Notes: generated by a model from the sequence alone, not told the origin. Shown: positions 6,936 through 16,347, counted from the stretch's first letter. The stretch is DNA of 24,000 nucleotides from an uncultured Alphaproteobacteria bacterium (GCA_963759095.1 CAVWYF010000027.1:1-24000), one strand, 5' to 3'. Numbers and translations: made by a program.

Positions 6936-8225
6936 TTAGTCGGAGATGCGCGAGATATCGGCACCACATGCACTGAGCTTGTCTTCCAGTGTTTCGAAAC
7001 CGCGATCAAGATGATAGACCCGGTGCAGCATGCTTTCGCCTTCTGCCGCAAGGGCCGCAATCACCAGTGACACCGACGCGCGAAGATCGGTGGCCATCAC
7101 CTCGGCCCCATGCAACTGATCCACGCCCGTTACGGTTGCGGTATCGCCACTGAGCGAAATGTCGGCGCCCAGGCGGGCCAGTTCCTGCACGTGCATGAAC
7201 CGGTTTTCGAAAATTGTCTCGCGAATGACGGAAGTCCCGCCGGCTCGCGTCATCAGTGCCATGAACTGCGCCTGCAGATCAGTCGGAAAGCCGGGATAAG
7301 GCTGGGTTTCCACATCGACCGGTTTCAGGCCATTGCCGTTGCGCCTGATCCTCATGCCGTCGTTTTCAACATCGATGGTGGCGCCTGCCTGTTCCAGCAC
7401 TGAAATCACGCTGGCCAGGTTGTCAGCCCGCCCGCCGCGCAGTTTGACATCGCCCCCGGTCATGGCCACAGCCATGGCATAGGTGCCGGTTTCGATCCGG
7501 TCTGCCAGAACCTCATGGCTTGCGCCATGCAGTTCATCGACGCCCTGTATGGTCAGTGTCGAGGTGCCGATACCGTCGATTTTGGCACCCATATTGACCA
7601 GGCATTCGGCAACATCGATGACTTCCGGCTCGCGCGCGGCATTCTCGATCACTGTTTCGCCCTTGGCCAGTGTCGCAGCCATCATGGTGGTGTGGGTTGC
7701 CCCGACAGACACCATCGGGAAGGTGATCCTGTTGCCTGTCAGGCCACCGGGCGCCCTGGCCACCACATAACCGTTTTCAATTTCAAGTTCTGCACCCAGT
7801 TCGCGCAGCGCCATGAGATAAAAATCCACCGGCCTTGTGCCGATTGCACAGCCGCCCGGCAGGGAAACGCGGGTATCATGAAAGCGGGTCAGCAACGGCC
7901 CGAGAACCCAGAAACTGGCTCGCATTTTTGACACGAGATTGTAGGGCGCCGTGGTGTCGACAATGTCAGCAGCGGTAAAATGCACCGTTTCACCGGCCTG
8001 GTTGCACTGGCCGGCGCGTTTGCCGTCGGTGCGCTGGTCAACGCCGTGATTGTGCAGAATGCGCTTCAGCAATTGCACATCAGCCAGCCGGGGCAGGTTT
8101 TTGAGCGTGAGTGTTTCAGCAGTCAAGAGACTGGCAATCATCAGGGGCAAAGCGGCATTTTTCGCGCCTGAAATCGGGATTTCGCCATTCAATTCGTTGC
8201 CGCCGCCGATTCTGATCCGGTCCAT
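6936..8225 (-). CDS. murA: UDP-N-acetylglucosamine 1-carboxyvinyltransferase
   Basis: The 429-aa product has the N-terminus [34 protein letters not shown]. It carries the active-site region [13 protein letters not shown] and the C-terminal YHLDRGFE. Confidence 0.95.
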   Translation of the reverse strand: MDRIRIGGGNELNGEIPISGAKNAALPLMIASLLTAETLTLKNLPRLADVQLLKRILHNHGVDQRTDGKRAGQCNQAGETVHFTAADIVDTTAPYNLVSKMRASFWVLGPLLTRFHDTRVSLPGGCAIGTRPVDFYLMALRELGAELEIENGYVVARAPGGLTGNRITFPMVSVGATHTTMMAATLAKGETVIENAAREPEVIDVAECLVNMGAKIDGIGTSTLTIQGVDELHGASHEVLADRIETGTYAMAVAMTGGDVKLRGGRADNLASVISVLEQAGATIDVENDGMRIRRNGNGLKPVDVETQPYPGFPTDLQAQFMALMTRAGGTSVIRETIFENRFMHVQELARLGADISLSGDTATVTGVDQLHGAEVMATDLRASVSLVIAALAAEGESMLHRVYHLDRGFETLEDKLSACGADISRISD

Positions 8226-8353
8226 GCTGTTTTCGTGCCCTTTTGATACAATCTGGAAAGTATGCTGCGATAGTGCCGCTTTGTGGCGCTTTCATGCACC
8301 TAAAGTGCCAGTTCCGGCAAGGGGCATGTAACGCAACGAAATATGGTTGATTT

Positions 8354-8497
8354 TCAGTCCTTTGCCTTATCGGAAATGTTTTTCTGATCGCCTGTTGCCG
8401 ACGATTTGCTGCGGGCCTGCTGCTTGCGCCGGGCAAGATTGCGCCTGAGCGCTTCTGCCAGGCGTTTTTCCCTTTCTGAAGCCGTTTCGCTGGCCAT
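8354..8497 (-). CDS. Small basic protein, 47 aa (hand-called; below the ORF-track cutoff)
   Basis: Hand translation gives MASETASEREKRLAEALRRNLARRKQQARSKSSATGDQKNISDKAKD*. ATG is at 8497-8495 and TGA at 8356-8354, with AAGGTGG about 8 nt upstream of the ATG. Its composition is far more plausible than the overlapping 130-aa ORF 8116..8508, which runs into murA. Confidence 0.5.
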   Translation of the reverse strand: MASETASEREKRLAEALRRNLARRKQQARSKSSATGDQKNISDKAKD

Positions 8498-8643
8498 GCC
8501 TGCACCACCTTCGAATTAGCGATTATTGAACCTTCATAATGTAGGCATGAGACATGTTATTGTCATGCAGGTTCAATCATGCTTGCACAGTTTCAGTTGC
8601 TGTGGCATTACGCCTGCCATATTGCCGGGCCAGCCCGGGTCAT

Positions 8644-8718
<75 letters not shown>

Positions 8719-8925
8719 TATTTTTCCCGGAAAACAGACTTTTTGTGTGGCCATGTGTAACGGGATGTGTCGGTTCGGGGGTATTCTCGTTCCTGTCTGG
8801 TTTTGCATCAGTGCTTGAAGGACAGTTGTGACTGAACGGTTGATGGAGAGTTTCTGGTTCAACCTCGCCGATCTGGCACGTAGACAGCAAGACATCCTGA
8901 AACGCTCTGAACGAAGCTGCTTCAA

Positions 8926-9435
8926 ATGACTGAGAACAAGCCGACTTTACATTTGCTCGTTGGAAAAATTGCCGCCGGAAAGTCGACCAGGGCGGCTGAA
9001 CTGGGCCGGGCGCCGGGCACAGTGGTTGTAAGCGAAGACCAGTGGCTGGCGGCACTGTTTGGAGATGAGCAGAACTCCATCGGTGATTACGTCCGCTGTT
9101 CTGCCCGGCTTCGAACCGCCATGGAGCCTCATCTGATTGCGCTTTTGCAGTCCGGTCTCTGCGTGGTTCTCGATTTTCCTGCCAACACAATTGCAATGCG
9201 TACATGGGTTCGAAGGTTGCTGGACAAAGCCGGTTGTGCGCACAAACTGCATTTTCTGGATATTGCAGACGACGTTTGCAGGGAACGGTTGCACGAGCGC
9301 AATGCCGCAGGGAACCATGCCTTCTCAGCCACTGATGAACAGTTTGATCTCATCACCAGGCATTTCGTAGCACCATCCGCCGAAGAGGGGTTCCAGGTTG
9401 TTGTGTATCACCGCGATGAAACCGGCGAGAAATGA
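8926..9435 (+). CDS. P-loop NTPase / AAA_33-like kinase family protein, 169 aa
   Basis: Walker A is LLVGKIAAGKST at the N-terminus, followed by a hydrophobic strand plus Asp (VVLDFPAN). The size and layout are typical of small stand-alone P-loop kinases. Confidence 0.75.
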   Translation: MTENKPTLHLLVGKIAAGKSTRAAELGRAPGTVVVSEDQWLAALFGDEQNSIGDYVRCSARLRTAMEPHLIALLQSGLCVVLDFPANTIAMRTWVRRLLDKAGCAHKLHFLDIADDVCRERLHERNAAGNHAFSATDEQFDLITRHFVAPSAEEGFQVVVYHRDETGEK

Positions 9436-9685
9436 TCGGACCTACACCGTGTGTTCTTGATGTGGTTTTTGGGAAACGCTGAAAACGCCGTTTTTCAGTT
9501 GTTGAATTCCCCGCGCAACTGTAACGTGCGACAGGTGCACCGGAACCGGTCAGCACAAGTCGGCGGTTAATGGCAATATTACTGGATTGATACATCGTTT
9601 ACCTCTCATTGTTGGGTAAATCTGTGTGTGTTGCGTAAGCTTTTAGTCACGTAAAACCACGTTTACGGCAGTGTTTGAGGGGGTA

Positions 9686-10411
9686 ATGCAGGAACTGGAC
9701 CCGCTTAGGATCAACCAGATTGTGACGCGGCTGCACATGCAGGTTGTTGCGGTACATGGAATCGAGATCGCTACCAGTGTCGACTTTGACCGTTTTGCAA
9801 CGGTCAGGGCGCAATTGCGCGATGACGCCATTTCGCCCTACTTCGATCCGCAGCATAATGGCCCTGAACTTTCGCAATCGGCCTTCTGGATTGAAGGGCG
9901 CAAGGATGGCGAACCGGTCTATGTAGAAGCCTATCGTCTCTATGAACCAAGCGGGCCGTTCAACCACTGGTGTCGTGCATGGCTGATGGACGCGCACACC
10001 AGGGCAGGCGAGGATGTGCACATTGGTTCGGTTTCCGAACCTATGTCTGATCCGGTCTCACGGTTGGGCGGCCGTATGGCCTACCGAGGTGAACTGTTCA
10101 TGTCGCCGGCCCTGCGCGGAGGCCCCAAGAGCCGGTTGATCAACGACATTTCGCTGCTTCATCACGCTCTGGTCTGGGGGTACTGGAAACCGGACTACAT
10201 CTGGGGTTTGACGACCGAGAGCAGAGCACAGCGCGGCATGCTTCGCCGCATCTATTACAACCACCTGGAAGAGGGATTTATTGTCTGGAAACGCCGGCCT
10301 GCGTGTGTGGAACAGGAGCGCGAAACCCTGTGCTACCAACCGCGCCATCAGATCATCAGGGACCTTGCTGCAGTCAGTCTAGGCTATCAAACGTCTACCG
10401 GCACTTCGTAA
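9686..10411 (+). CDS. Hypothetical protein, 241 aa (weak GNAT-fold-like C-terminal pattern)
   Basis: The ORF is long. I prefer ATG 9686 over the ORF-track GTG 9671 because GAGG lies at 9677-9680, 5 nt upstream. The segment YRGELFMSPALRGGPKSRLINDISLLHHALVWGY...DYIWGLTTE...RGMLRRIYYNHLEEGF loosely resembles GNAT strand4-helix3-strand5-helix4. I recognise no family. Confidence 0.6.
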   Translation: MQELDPLRINQIVTRLHMQVVAVHGIEIATSVDFDRFATVRAQLRDDAISPYFDPQHNGPELSQSAFWIEGRKDGEPVYVEAYRLYEPSGPFNHWCRAWLMDAHTRAGEDVHIGSVSEPMSDPVSRLGGRMAYRGELFMSPALRGGPKSRLINDISLLHHALVWGYWKPDYIWGLTTESRAQRGMLRRIYYNHLEEGFIVWKRRPACVEQERETLCYQPRHQIIRDLAAVSLGYQTSTGTS

Positions 10412-11226
10412 CCGGACCGCCCAAACGGTTCCAGACGATCAGGACGTGTCTCACCTTGCATGAGCAATGATCCAATGGTGATTTTCTGTCCGCTCTGCAC
10501 TGGAAACAGAACACGGTGATAGCGCAGCCAGTAGGCTTCAGCTTGTCCCTGCGCCGGTATCAGCGCCATGCATTCATCAAACAGAACCTGGCGATGTTCC
10601 GACACTTCAAGATACCTGTCGTAGACATGGATCTCCGTCTGTGTGAAACGTTCATCCAGCCGGAACTGCTTCCCCTGACACCAGTCCACCCCCATGATTT
10701 TCCCGAGCGGTGTGCGCGCTCCGACCTCACGGATCGGAAAACCGCCGTCCGGGTCGTCATCTGAGAACACCAGCCGGGACGCGATCAGCCGCGGTGACCT
10801 GATTGCCCGTCTGACATTGCCGGGGATTGAACCGGGGTCTCTTGGTGCCTGTAACGCAGATTGGAGCATTGAAACTTTCAGGCCCTGCAAAAACGCCATC
10901 CGGTCTGAGGCTTCCTCGGGGGTGTCGAAGCGCTCCGCAAACCATCCTTGATTGTAGAAGTTCAGGAAATACGGCGCCGGCATAGCGCCAAGGTTGGCTG
11001 CTGCAAACTGCAGGCTGTCGGGTGTGGCGTAAGCGGTATCCCACTGCACCTCGGTTGCGTATGCGTCATTGGCCGATATGAACGGTCTCATGCATACCAG
11101 GCCAAATCCTCGAAACGGCAAATCATTGTCGGTGAACGGATATCCCGTCAGGTCCCCAACAACCTGACCGCGGTCAATCCAGTTGTATTGGTCGCCATGT
11201 ACCTGTGTGGTTGTCACATTTTTCAT
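10387..11226 (-). CDS. Hypothetical protein, 279 aa (possible PAS-like C-terminal sensor fold; unassigned)
   Basis: This long ORF has its ATG overlapping the stop of the upstream HTH gene (ATGA at 11223-11226). The C-terminal pattern ...YDRYLEVSEHRQVLFDE...AYWLRYHRVLFPVQSGQKITIGSLL resembles the end of alphaproteobacterial PAS_5-type domains. That resemblance comes from memory only. Confidence 0.6.
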   Translation of the reverse strand: MKNVTTTQVHGDQYNWIDRGQVVGDLTGYPFTDNDLPFRGFGLVCMRPFISANDAYATEVQWDTAYATPDSLQFAAANLGAMPAPYFLNFYNQGWFAERFDTPEEASDRMAFLQGLKVSMLQSALQAPRDPGSIPGNVRRAIRSPRLIASRLVFSDDDPDGGFPIREVGARTPLGKIMGVDWCQGKQFRLDERFTQTEIHVYDRYLEVSEHRQVLFDECMALIPAQGQAEAYWLRYHRVLFPVQSGQKITIGSLLMQGETRPDRLEPFGRSGYEVPVDV

Positions 11227-11474
11227 TTGTCGCGTTCGACTTTGGGAAACGGGATTATATTGGACTGTTCGTTCGGTCCGAACAAATCTGTCAGGGAAAG
11301 GCCCAATACTGCGCCCATTTCAATAATTGTTGACGAATGGCCGAGTGTGGCTCCGGCTTCAATGTCCAGAACCGTTCCAATCGCAATGTCCATGTCGCTG
11401 GCCAGTTGCTGAACTGAAATCTTCTTTGAAACCCGCGCGTAGTGCAATCGCGTACCAATATAGCCATGTTTCAT
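11223..11474 (-). CDS. XRE-family helix-turn-helix transcriptional regulator, 83 aa
   Basis: IGTRLHYARVSKKISVQQLASDMDIAIGTVLDIEAGATLGHSSTIIEMGAVLGLSLTDLF is a classic HTH_XRE layout. I prefer ATG 11474, which has AGGGGGG about 7 nt upstream. The ORF-track start at 11669 adds 65 low-complexity residues. Confidence 0.75.
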   Translation of the reverse strand: MKHGYIGTRLHYARVSKKISVQQLASDMDIAIGTVLDIEAGATLGHSSTIIEMGAVLGLSLTDLFGPNEQSNIIPFPKVERDK

Positions 11475-11764
11475 CTTAGACCCCCCTGATGTTGATTCCG
11501 GCGAATCGGTCGATAATTGTACAACGGGCGGTCGCAAGTCATCACGGAATAAATTGTCGCCATTCAGTTTTGAAACCCGGTGTACCGCAGTGATCACGAA
11601 ATCTCTCGTCCGAGGATTTTCTACTCCTGCCCGGTTCCTTGCGGCGCCGTCTGACTCCATTGCCATCAACTCTCATTAAATAACGCTACGTTAATCTGCG
11701 CGGAAGTGTCAATCAGTGCTCTTGTTCGCTGGATATCCCTGCATGCTCGGGTTAAAAGGCTTTC

Positions 11765-13289
11765 ATGGCAGACACTCTCAAGCAGACGCAATCTTCCGAA
11801 CGCCTTTACGCAGATCAGGGAATTCAGCTTTCCCGCGTCTTTTTTGTCATCGGCATGATGATGCTGGTGCTGACGCTGTTCATGTTTCCGCCCCTGGTGT
11901 CGGATCTTGTCGCCCGGAATGATGACTGGAGCGTGTTTGCGGCTTCCGCCTTCGTGACCGGCTTCCTCGGCCTCATGCTGGTGCTGGTCAGCCGCGGCGG
12001 CTGGTCGGACCATGTCTCCTTGAAGGAAGGTTTCGTGCTGACGGTGCTCAGCTGGATAGCGCTGTGCCTGATGGCGTCGATTCCGTTCATGTTCCTGGGC
12101 CGTGATGCCAGTGTTGCCAATGCACTGTTTGAAGCGGTTTCCGGCCTGACCGCAACCGGTGCAACGGTGCTGACCGGTCTCGATCACCTGCCGCCCGGCA
12201 TGTTGTTATGGCGTTCGATCCTGCAGTGGATCGGCGGCGTCGGCATCGTCGTCATGGCGCTGGTCATGCTGCCGTTCCTGCGCGTCGGCGGCATGCAGCT
12301 GTTCCGTGCTGAAAGTTCCGACCGCTCCGACAAGTTCATGCCGCGCGTCGGCGAGGTCATCAGCCTTATCGCGGTCACCTATCTGTCCCTGACATTCGCC
12401 TGCGGATATTGCCTATTACTGGGCCGGCATGAACGCGTTCGATGCGCTCAATCACGCCATGACGACCGTCTCGACGGCAGGTTTTTCGACCCATGACCGG
12501 TCGTTCGCGCATTTTGAGGACAACAAGGCCATCCACTGGATTGCCATTGTCTTCATGCTGGGCTCATGCATGCCGCTGGTTCTGTACGTCAAGATGGTGC
12601 GGTCAAGATCGCTGGCAGTGTGGAATGACGCCCAGGTGCGCGGCTTCGTCCAGATTTCCGGTCTTGCGGTCTTCACCGTGACCTTGTGGTATTATGTGCG
12701 TCACGACGAACCGTTCCTGGACGCGCTCAGGGTGGTCAGTTTCAATGTTGTTTCCATCATTTCGACGACCGGATATGCCTTGGGCGATTATACCAACTGG
12801 GGCAGCGGCATCATGGGGCTGTTTTTTGCCCTGATGTTCCTGGGCGGATGCACGGGGTCGACAACCGGTGGCCTGAAGACCTTCCGTCTTCAGGTCATGA
12901 TGATGACGGCCTCGGGCTATATTCGCCAACTGATGAGCCCGAACCGCATCGTGGTCCTGAACTTCAATAATACCAGGATCACCAACGAAATCGCCACATC
13001 GGTGCTGGCCTATGTCACCGTCATGTTCATATCGGTCATGGTGTTCACCATTGCCTTGTCATTTTTTAATCTTGATCTGATTACCGCGCTGTCCAGTGCC
13101 ACTGCCACGATCACCAATGTAGGCCCGGGTCTGGGAGACATTGTCGGGCCGGCCGGCAGCTATGCCAACCTGGATCCGGGCGCGAAACTGCTGTTGACCG
13201 TGTCCATGTTGCTGGGGCGGCTGGAATTCTTCACCGTGCTCGTGGTGCTGTCACGCTCGTTCTGGCGTAAAAACTCATCAAGATTCTAG
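11765..13289 (+). pseudogene. trkH: TrkH-family potassium uptake protein, interrupted by one frameshift
   Basis: ORFs 11765..12496 and 12429..13289 are the two halves of TrkH (...EAVSGLTATGATV..., ...NHAMTTVSTAGFST..., ...GGCTGSTTGGLKT..., ...TITNVGPGLG...). Removing one G from the GGG at 12421-12423 restores ...GYCLLLAGMNAFDALNHAMTT. Confidence 0.85.
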
Positions 13290-13837
13290 TCCGGTTCGAC
13301 CACGCCGCCTGCACTGTCGGACCGGTTGAGCCTGCGCCAGTTTTCCGGTTCATCAAACTCACCTTGCCATAGACCCTTGCGGGCATTTTTCGCACTGCGT
13401 TCGGAACCAACATACGCCGGCAGTCTGTAAGCCACCGCCCACCCGTCGGCCACCATCTGCCGGTTCAGTTCGGTCTCACCGGCATGGCAAACCGAAACCG
13501 ACCGCTGGTACCGGTCAACATCCATGGTACGGCATCTGACATCGCGGCCCGCAACAATGGCCTTGAGATGGGCTCTGGCCTTGCGTCCACAGTTATAATC
13601 ACGCCCCGCCTTGTCGCGGCAGCGCTGGCCAAGCTCGGGCGCATCGATGCCCTGCAGGCGAATGTCATGGGGCTCGTCGCTCGGGCGCAGGCTGTCGCCA
13701 TCGATTACCCGCATGTTGCCGGCAACGTTGTTTCCAGGCAGAAATTCGATCACGCCCAGTGCCAGCATGGTCAGGGCAATCACCACCAGCACATCGAGGC
13801 CTGTGCGCCATAGCGGGCGCCCCCGCCGGCGGCTCAT
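13286..13837 (-). CDS. Thermonuclease (staphylococcal nuclease-like) family protein with N-terminal membrane anchor
   Basis: VIDGDSL...IRLQGIDAPELGQ...GRKA...DRYQRSVSVC...LNRQMVADGWAVAY...AKNARKGLWQG matches the SNase fold motifs. The N-terminal hydrophobic segment is LDVLVVIALTMLALGVI. Confidence 0.85.
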   Translation of the reverse strand: MSRRRGRPLWRTGLDVLVVIALTMLALGVIEFLPGNNVAGNMRVIDGDSLRPSDEPHDIRLQGIDAPELGQRCRDKAGRDYNCGRKARAHLKAIVAGRDVRCRTMDVDRYQRSVSVCHAGETELNRQMVADGWAVAYRLPAYVGSERSAKNARKGLWQGEFDEPENWRRLNRSDSAGGVVEPD

Positions 13838-14298
13838 TTTTCCGCCTTGGTCCAGCGGTTGACAGCCTTGCTGTCGCTTTCACGTGCATCAACCCAATTG
13901 GCTCCTCGAGCGTCGTCGCCCTCTTCAAGCTTCCAGAACGGTGCCTTGGTCTTCAGCCAGTCCATCAGAAACTGGCAGGCCTCAAAGGCTGCTTCACGGT
14001 GTGACGAACAGGTAATTACCAGCACGATGTCTTCACCCGGATGCATGCGGCCATAGCGATGTACAATCAGGCTTGCATCCAGCGGCCAGCGCTCATTGGC
14101 CTCCGCCTCGATCTCGGCCAATGCCTTTTCGGTCATGCCGGGATAATGCTCCAGTGTCATGGCAGACACCTGCTCGCCCAGATTGAGGTCGCGTACGGAT
14201 CCGGCAAACAGGGCCGTACCGCCGATCTTGTGGTTGTCGCCCCGCACCGCGCGCAGTTCCGCGGCTATGTCAAACGGCTCTTCCTGTACCCGTATCAT
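13834..14298 (-). CDS. moaE: Molybdopterin synthase catalytic subunit MoaE
   Basis: GGTALFAGSVRD...LEHYPGMTEKAL..IVHRYGRM.PGEDIVLV...SSHREAAFEACQFLMDWLKTKAPFWK is the canonical MoaE pattern. It overlaps the downstream nuclease gene start by 4 nt (ATGA). Confidence 0.9.
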   Translation of the reverse strand: MIRVQEEPFDIAAELRAVRGDNHKIGGTALFAGSVRDLNLGEQVSAMTLEHYPGMTEKALAEIEAEANERWPLDASLIVHRYGRMHPGEDIVLVITCSSHREAAFEACQFLMDWLKTKAPFWKLEEGDDARGANWVDARESDSKAVNRWTKAEK

Positions 14299-14311
14299 GA
14301 GCAGACAGTCC

Positions 14312-16347
14312 CTATTCCTGGGGCTTGTTCAGCAGGTTCTTGAACAGTTGACCGCCGAGTTTTTCGGCTTTGCCGGCACCTTGTTCACCCAGCGCCTTGG
14401 CGGCCTCATCGCCGACCACGCTACGCGCGCGGTCCTCGATCGTTTTCGACACCTTGCCTTTGGCCTGTTCTTTCAGTTCGTTGCCGGCAGCGTCGACATT
14501 GATGTTGCCGGTTGAAACACCAAGCTTGTTCAGCGCATCGAGCGCGGCTTGCGGGTTTTCCAGAATGCCTTGTACATCAGGGTAGATTTTCGGGTTTGCC
14601 CACGGACCTTTGACGATAACAGGTACAACGAGACCGGTGAATTCACCGCCCGGGCCTGACGCAGCACTTGGTGCCACCTTGTAGTTCAGCCGTTTGCGCA
14701 GCAGGTCGACAGTGCCTTTCCCCGTCACCCGCACCAGCGGACCCACAAGGTTCAGGTCGTCATTGTTTCCAATGCCGTCGGTAAACCGGAAACCGGCAGA
14801 AAGGGTGGAAAATTCGGTGCTGGCATTGTCGGTCTTTTCCCATCCGCCGAGCACGGCACTTTGCACGCCGGTGACCATGTTCGCCATGTCGATGCCGCGT
14901 ATCACACCGTCTGTCAGCCGGAATTGGGCCGTACCTGACAGCGTTGACACCAGCTCTCGTTGTGATGGCCATTGGCCGCCAGATTGAGCGTGCTGGCAAG
15001 CTTGCCTTCGAACCGTGACGTGCCGGCAAAGTCCTTGAGTAACGCCAGCCGTCCAGACCGTAGTCTGAAATTGCCCGGTCAGTCTGGGTATACGGGTCGA
15101 CCCATCAAGGGTGAGCTTGCCGGTGGCAGTGCTGCCATACAGCGTTATCTTCTTCAGATCGGCATTCAGCTTGCCCGACCCATGTCGATATCAAGCAGGG
15201 TTTCACCGAACTTCACGTCACCGTACACAATGCCTCCGGTGCGCAATCTCAGTTTCGCGTCGAGCGAGTTCAGACTGCTGAAGTCGATCGCGGCATCGTT
15301 CCAGTCGGCTCTCGGTTCGCCGCTATCTGACGACGATTTCTTGCCGGTGTAGATATTGGTGTTCAGCTGGTCCAGCCCGAGGCTGGCGGTTATGCGCGGA
15401 TGATCTCCGACAAGCGTGAGCACCACATTGCCCTGTGCATTCATGCCATCCATCGCAATGGTGGCCTTGTTCAGCTTGACGGTTTGCCCGCTGAGATCGA
15501 CGCCGGCCCTGGCTGAAAACTGTTTCAACCCGGCTTGCCCGCCGATCTCGGCACCCGCCCATTTGGCGAGCTTCCGCAAATCCGGCGATGACACATCAAG
15601 ATTGCCGGCCAGGTTCAGACCGTTCCCAAAACGGGCAAGGCCTGACAGTGCCGCGGTGAGGTTTGCTGACTGGATTGACAGGTCAACGGGGGACCCTTTC
15701 GTGGCAAGGCGCGTCGGCAATTTGGCAAATACCTGCAGGTCAATGCGCTGCCCGTTCCAGATCAATGATCCCTTGACGTCCATCGGGGCTTGCGCGTTGG
15801 CAATGCTGACAACGATATTGACCCCGGTTGCCCGGAACTCGGATCCGGAGCGCTCGTCTGCATAGACTATCTCGCCGTCCTCAATCTTTATCGGTGCAAT
15901 CCGCACGCTTTCAATGGTTGAAGAGCCAGTGCCGGCGGACGGTTCGGCAACGCCGCCATCCCGGTTGAAGTCCCAGTTGGCCTTGCCCTGCTTGTCCACA
16001 ACCAGGTTGAGGCGGGGGCGGATCAGGGTCAGTTCCTGAAAATTGATCTGCCGCGACAGCAATTCCGACCATGACAGCTGCAACTTCAGGGCCTGCGCGG
16101 AAATGGTAGTTCCGTCAAACATGGCGGGCGGGTTGGACAGGGTCGCGCCTTCAACTTCCAGTCTTAAACTCGGCCACAATTTCACTTCGGGCGGTTTCAG
16201 CAAGGTCAGCTTGCGGCCGGTTGCCTGTTCGACCGCACTGCTGAGCTGGGCCGTTGCAAATTCACCGCGCACGAACAACGGAATGCTCACGATGGCGATG
16301 GCCGCAATCAGCACGATGACCAGGATGGGAATGATGATTCGTTTCAT
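14312..16347 (-). pseudogene. AsmA-family outer-membrane biogenesis protein, disrupted by frame changes between about 14960 and 15185
   Basis: The N-terminal ORF (start moved to MKRIIIPILVIVLIAAIAIV at 16347) and the C-terminal ORF 14312..14950 (...LSGTAQFRLTDGVIRGIDM...VPVIVKGPWANPKIYPD) are the two ends of an AsmA-like protein. Hand translation of the gap finds the homologous reading in frame 1 (SGKLNADLKKITLYGSTATGKLTLDGS). It then moves to frame 0 (FRLRSGRLALLKDFAGTSRFEGKLASTLNLAANG) and back to frame 1. Confidence 0.8.

Noticed and set aside
8116-8508. 130-aa minus-strand ORF upstream of and overlapping murA
   Set aside because: It overlaps the murA 5' end by 110 nt and has implausible composition. 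A 47-aa ORF in another frame, with a good RBS, explains the region better.
8594-8627. Possible sigma-70-type promoter (TTGCTG ... TATTGC) ahead of tRNA-Thr
   Set aside because: The spacing and the -10 match are ambiguous, and several alternative hexamers fit equally well. It cannot be supported from sequence alone.
9479-9498. Possible intrinsic terminator after the P-loop kinase gene (CTGAAAA-cgccgt-TTTTCAG)
   Set aside because: The stem is A/T-only apart from its outer three pairs (C-G, T-A, G-C), so it is weak. The trailing sequence (TTGTTG) is a poor U-tract. It is too marginal to list as a feature.
9353-9595. 80-aa minus-strand ORF between the P-loop gene and the 241-aa gene
   Set aside because: It overlaps the 3' end of the P-loop gene, has Arg/Ser/Thr-rich composition and shows no start-site signals.
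11475-11669. 65-codon N-terminal extension of the XRE HTH ORF (ORF-track start at 11669)
   Set aside because: The extension is low-complexity (Arg/Asp/Ser/Pro-rich) with no upstream RBS. The internal ATG at 11474 has a strong AGGGGGG Shine-Dalgarno and yields a canonical-size HTH protein.
13286-13289. trkH and the thermonuclease gene converge and share a CTAG that supplies both stop codons
   Set aside because: It is real but trivial. Overlap of convergent stops at a palindromic tetranucleotide needs no special explanation.
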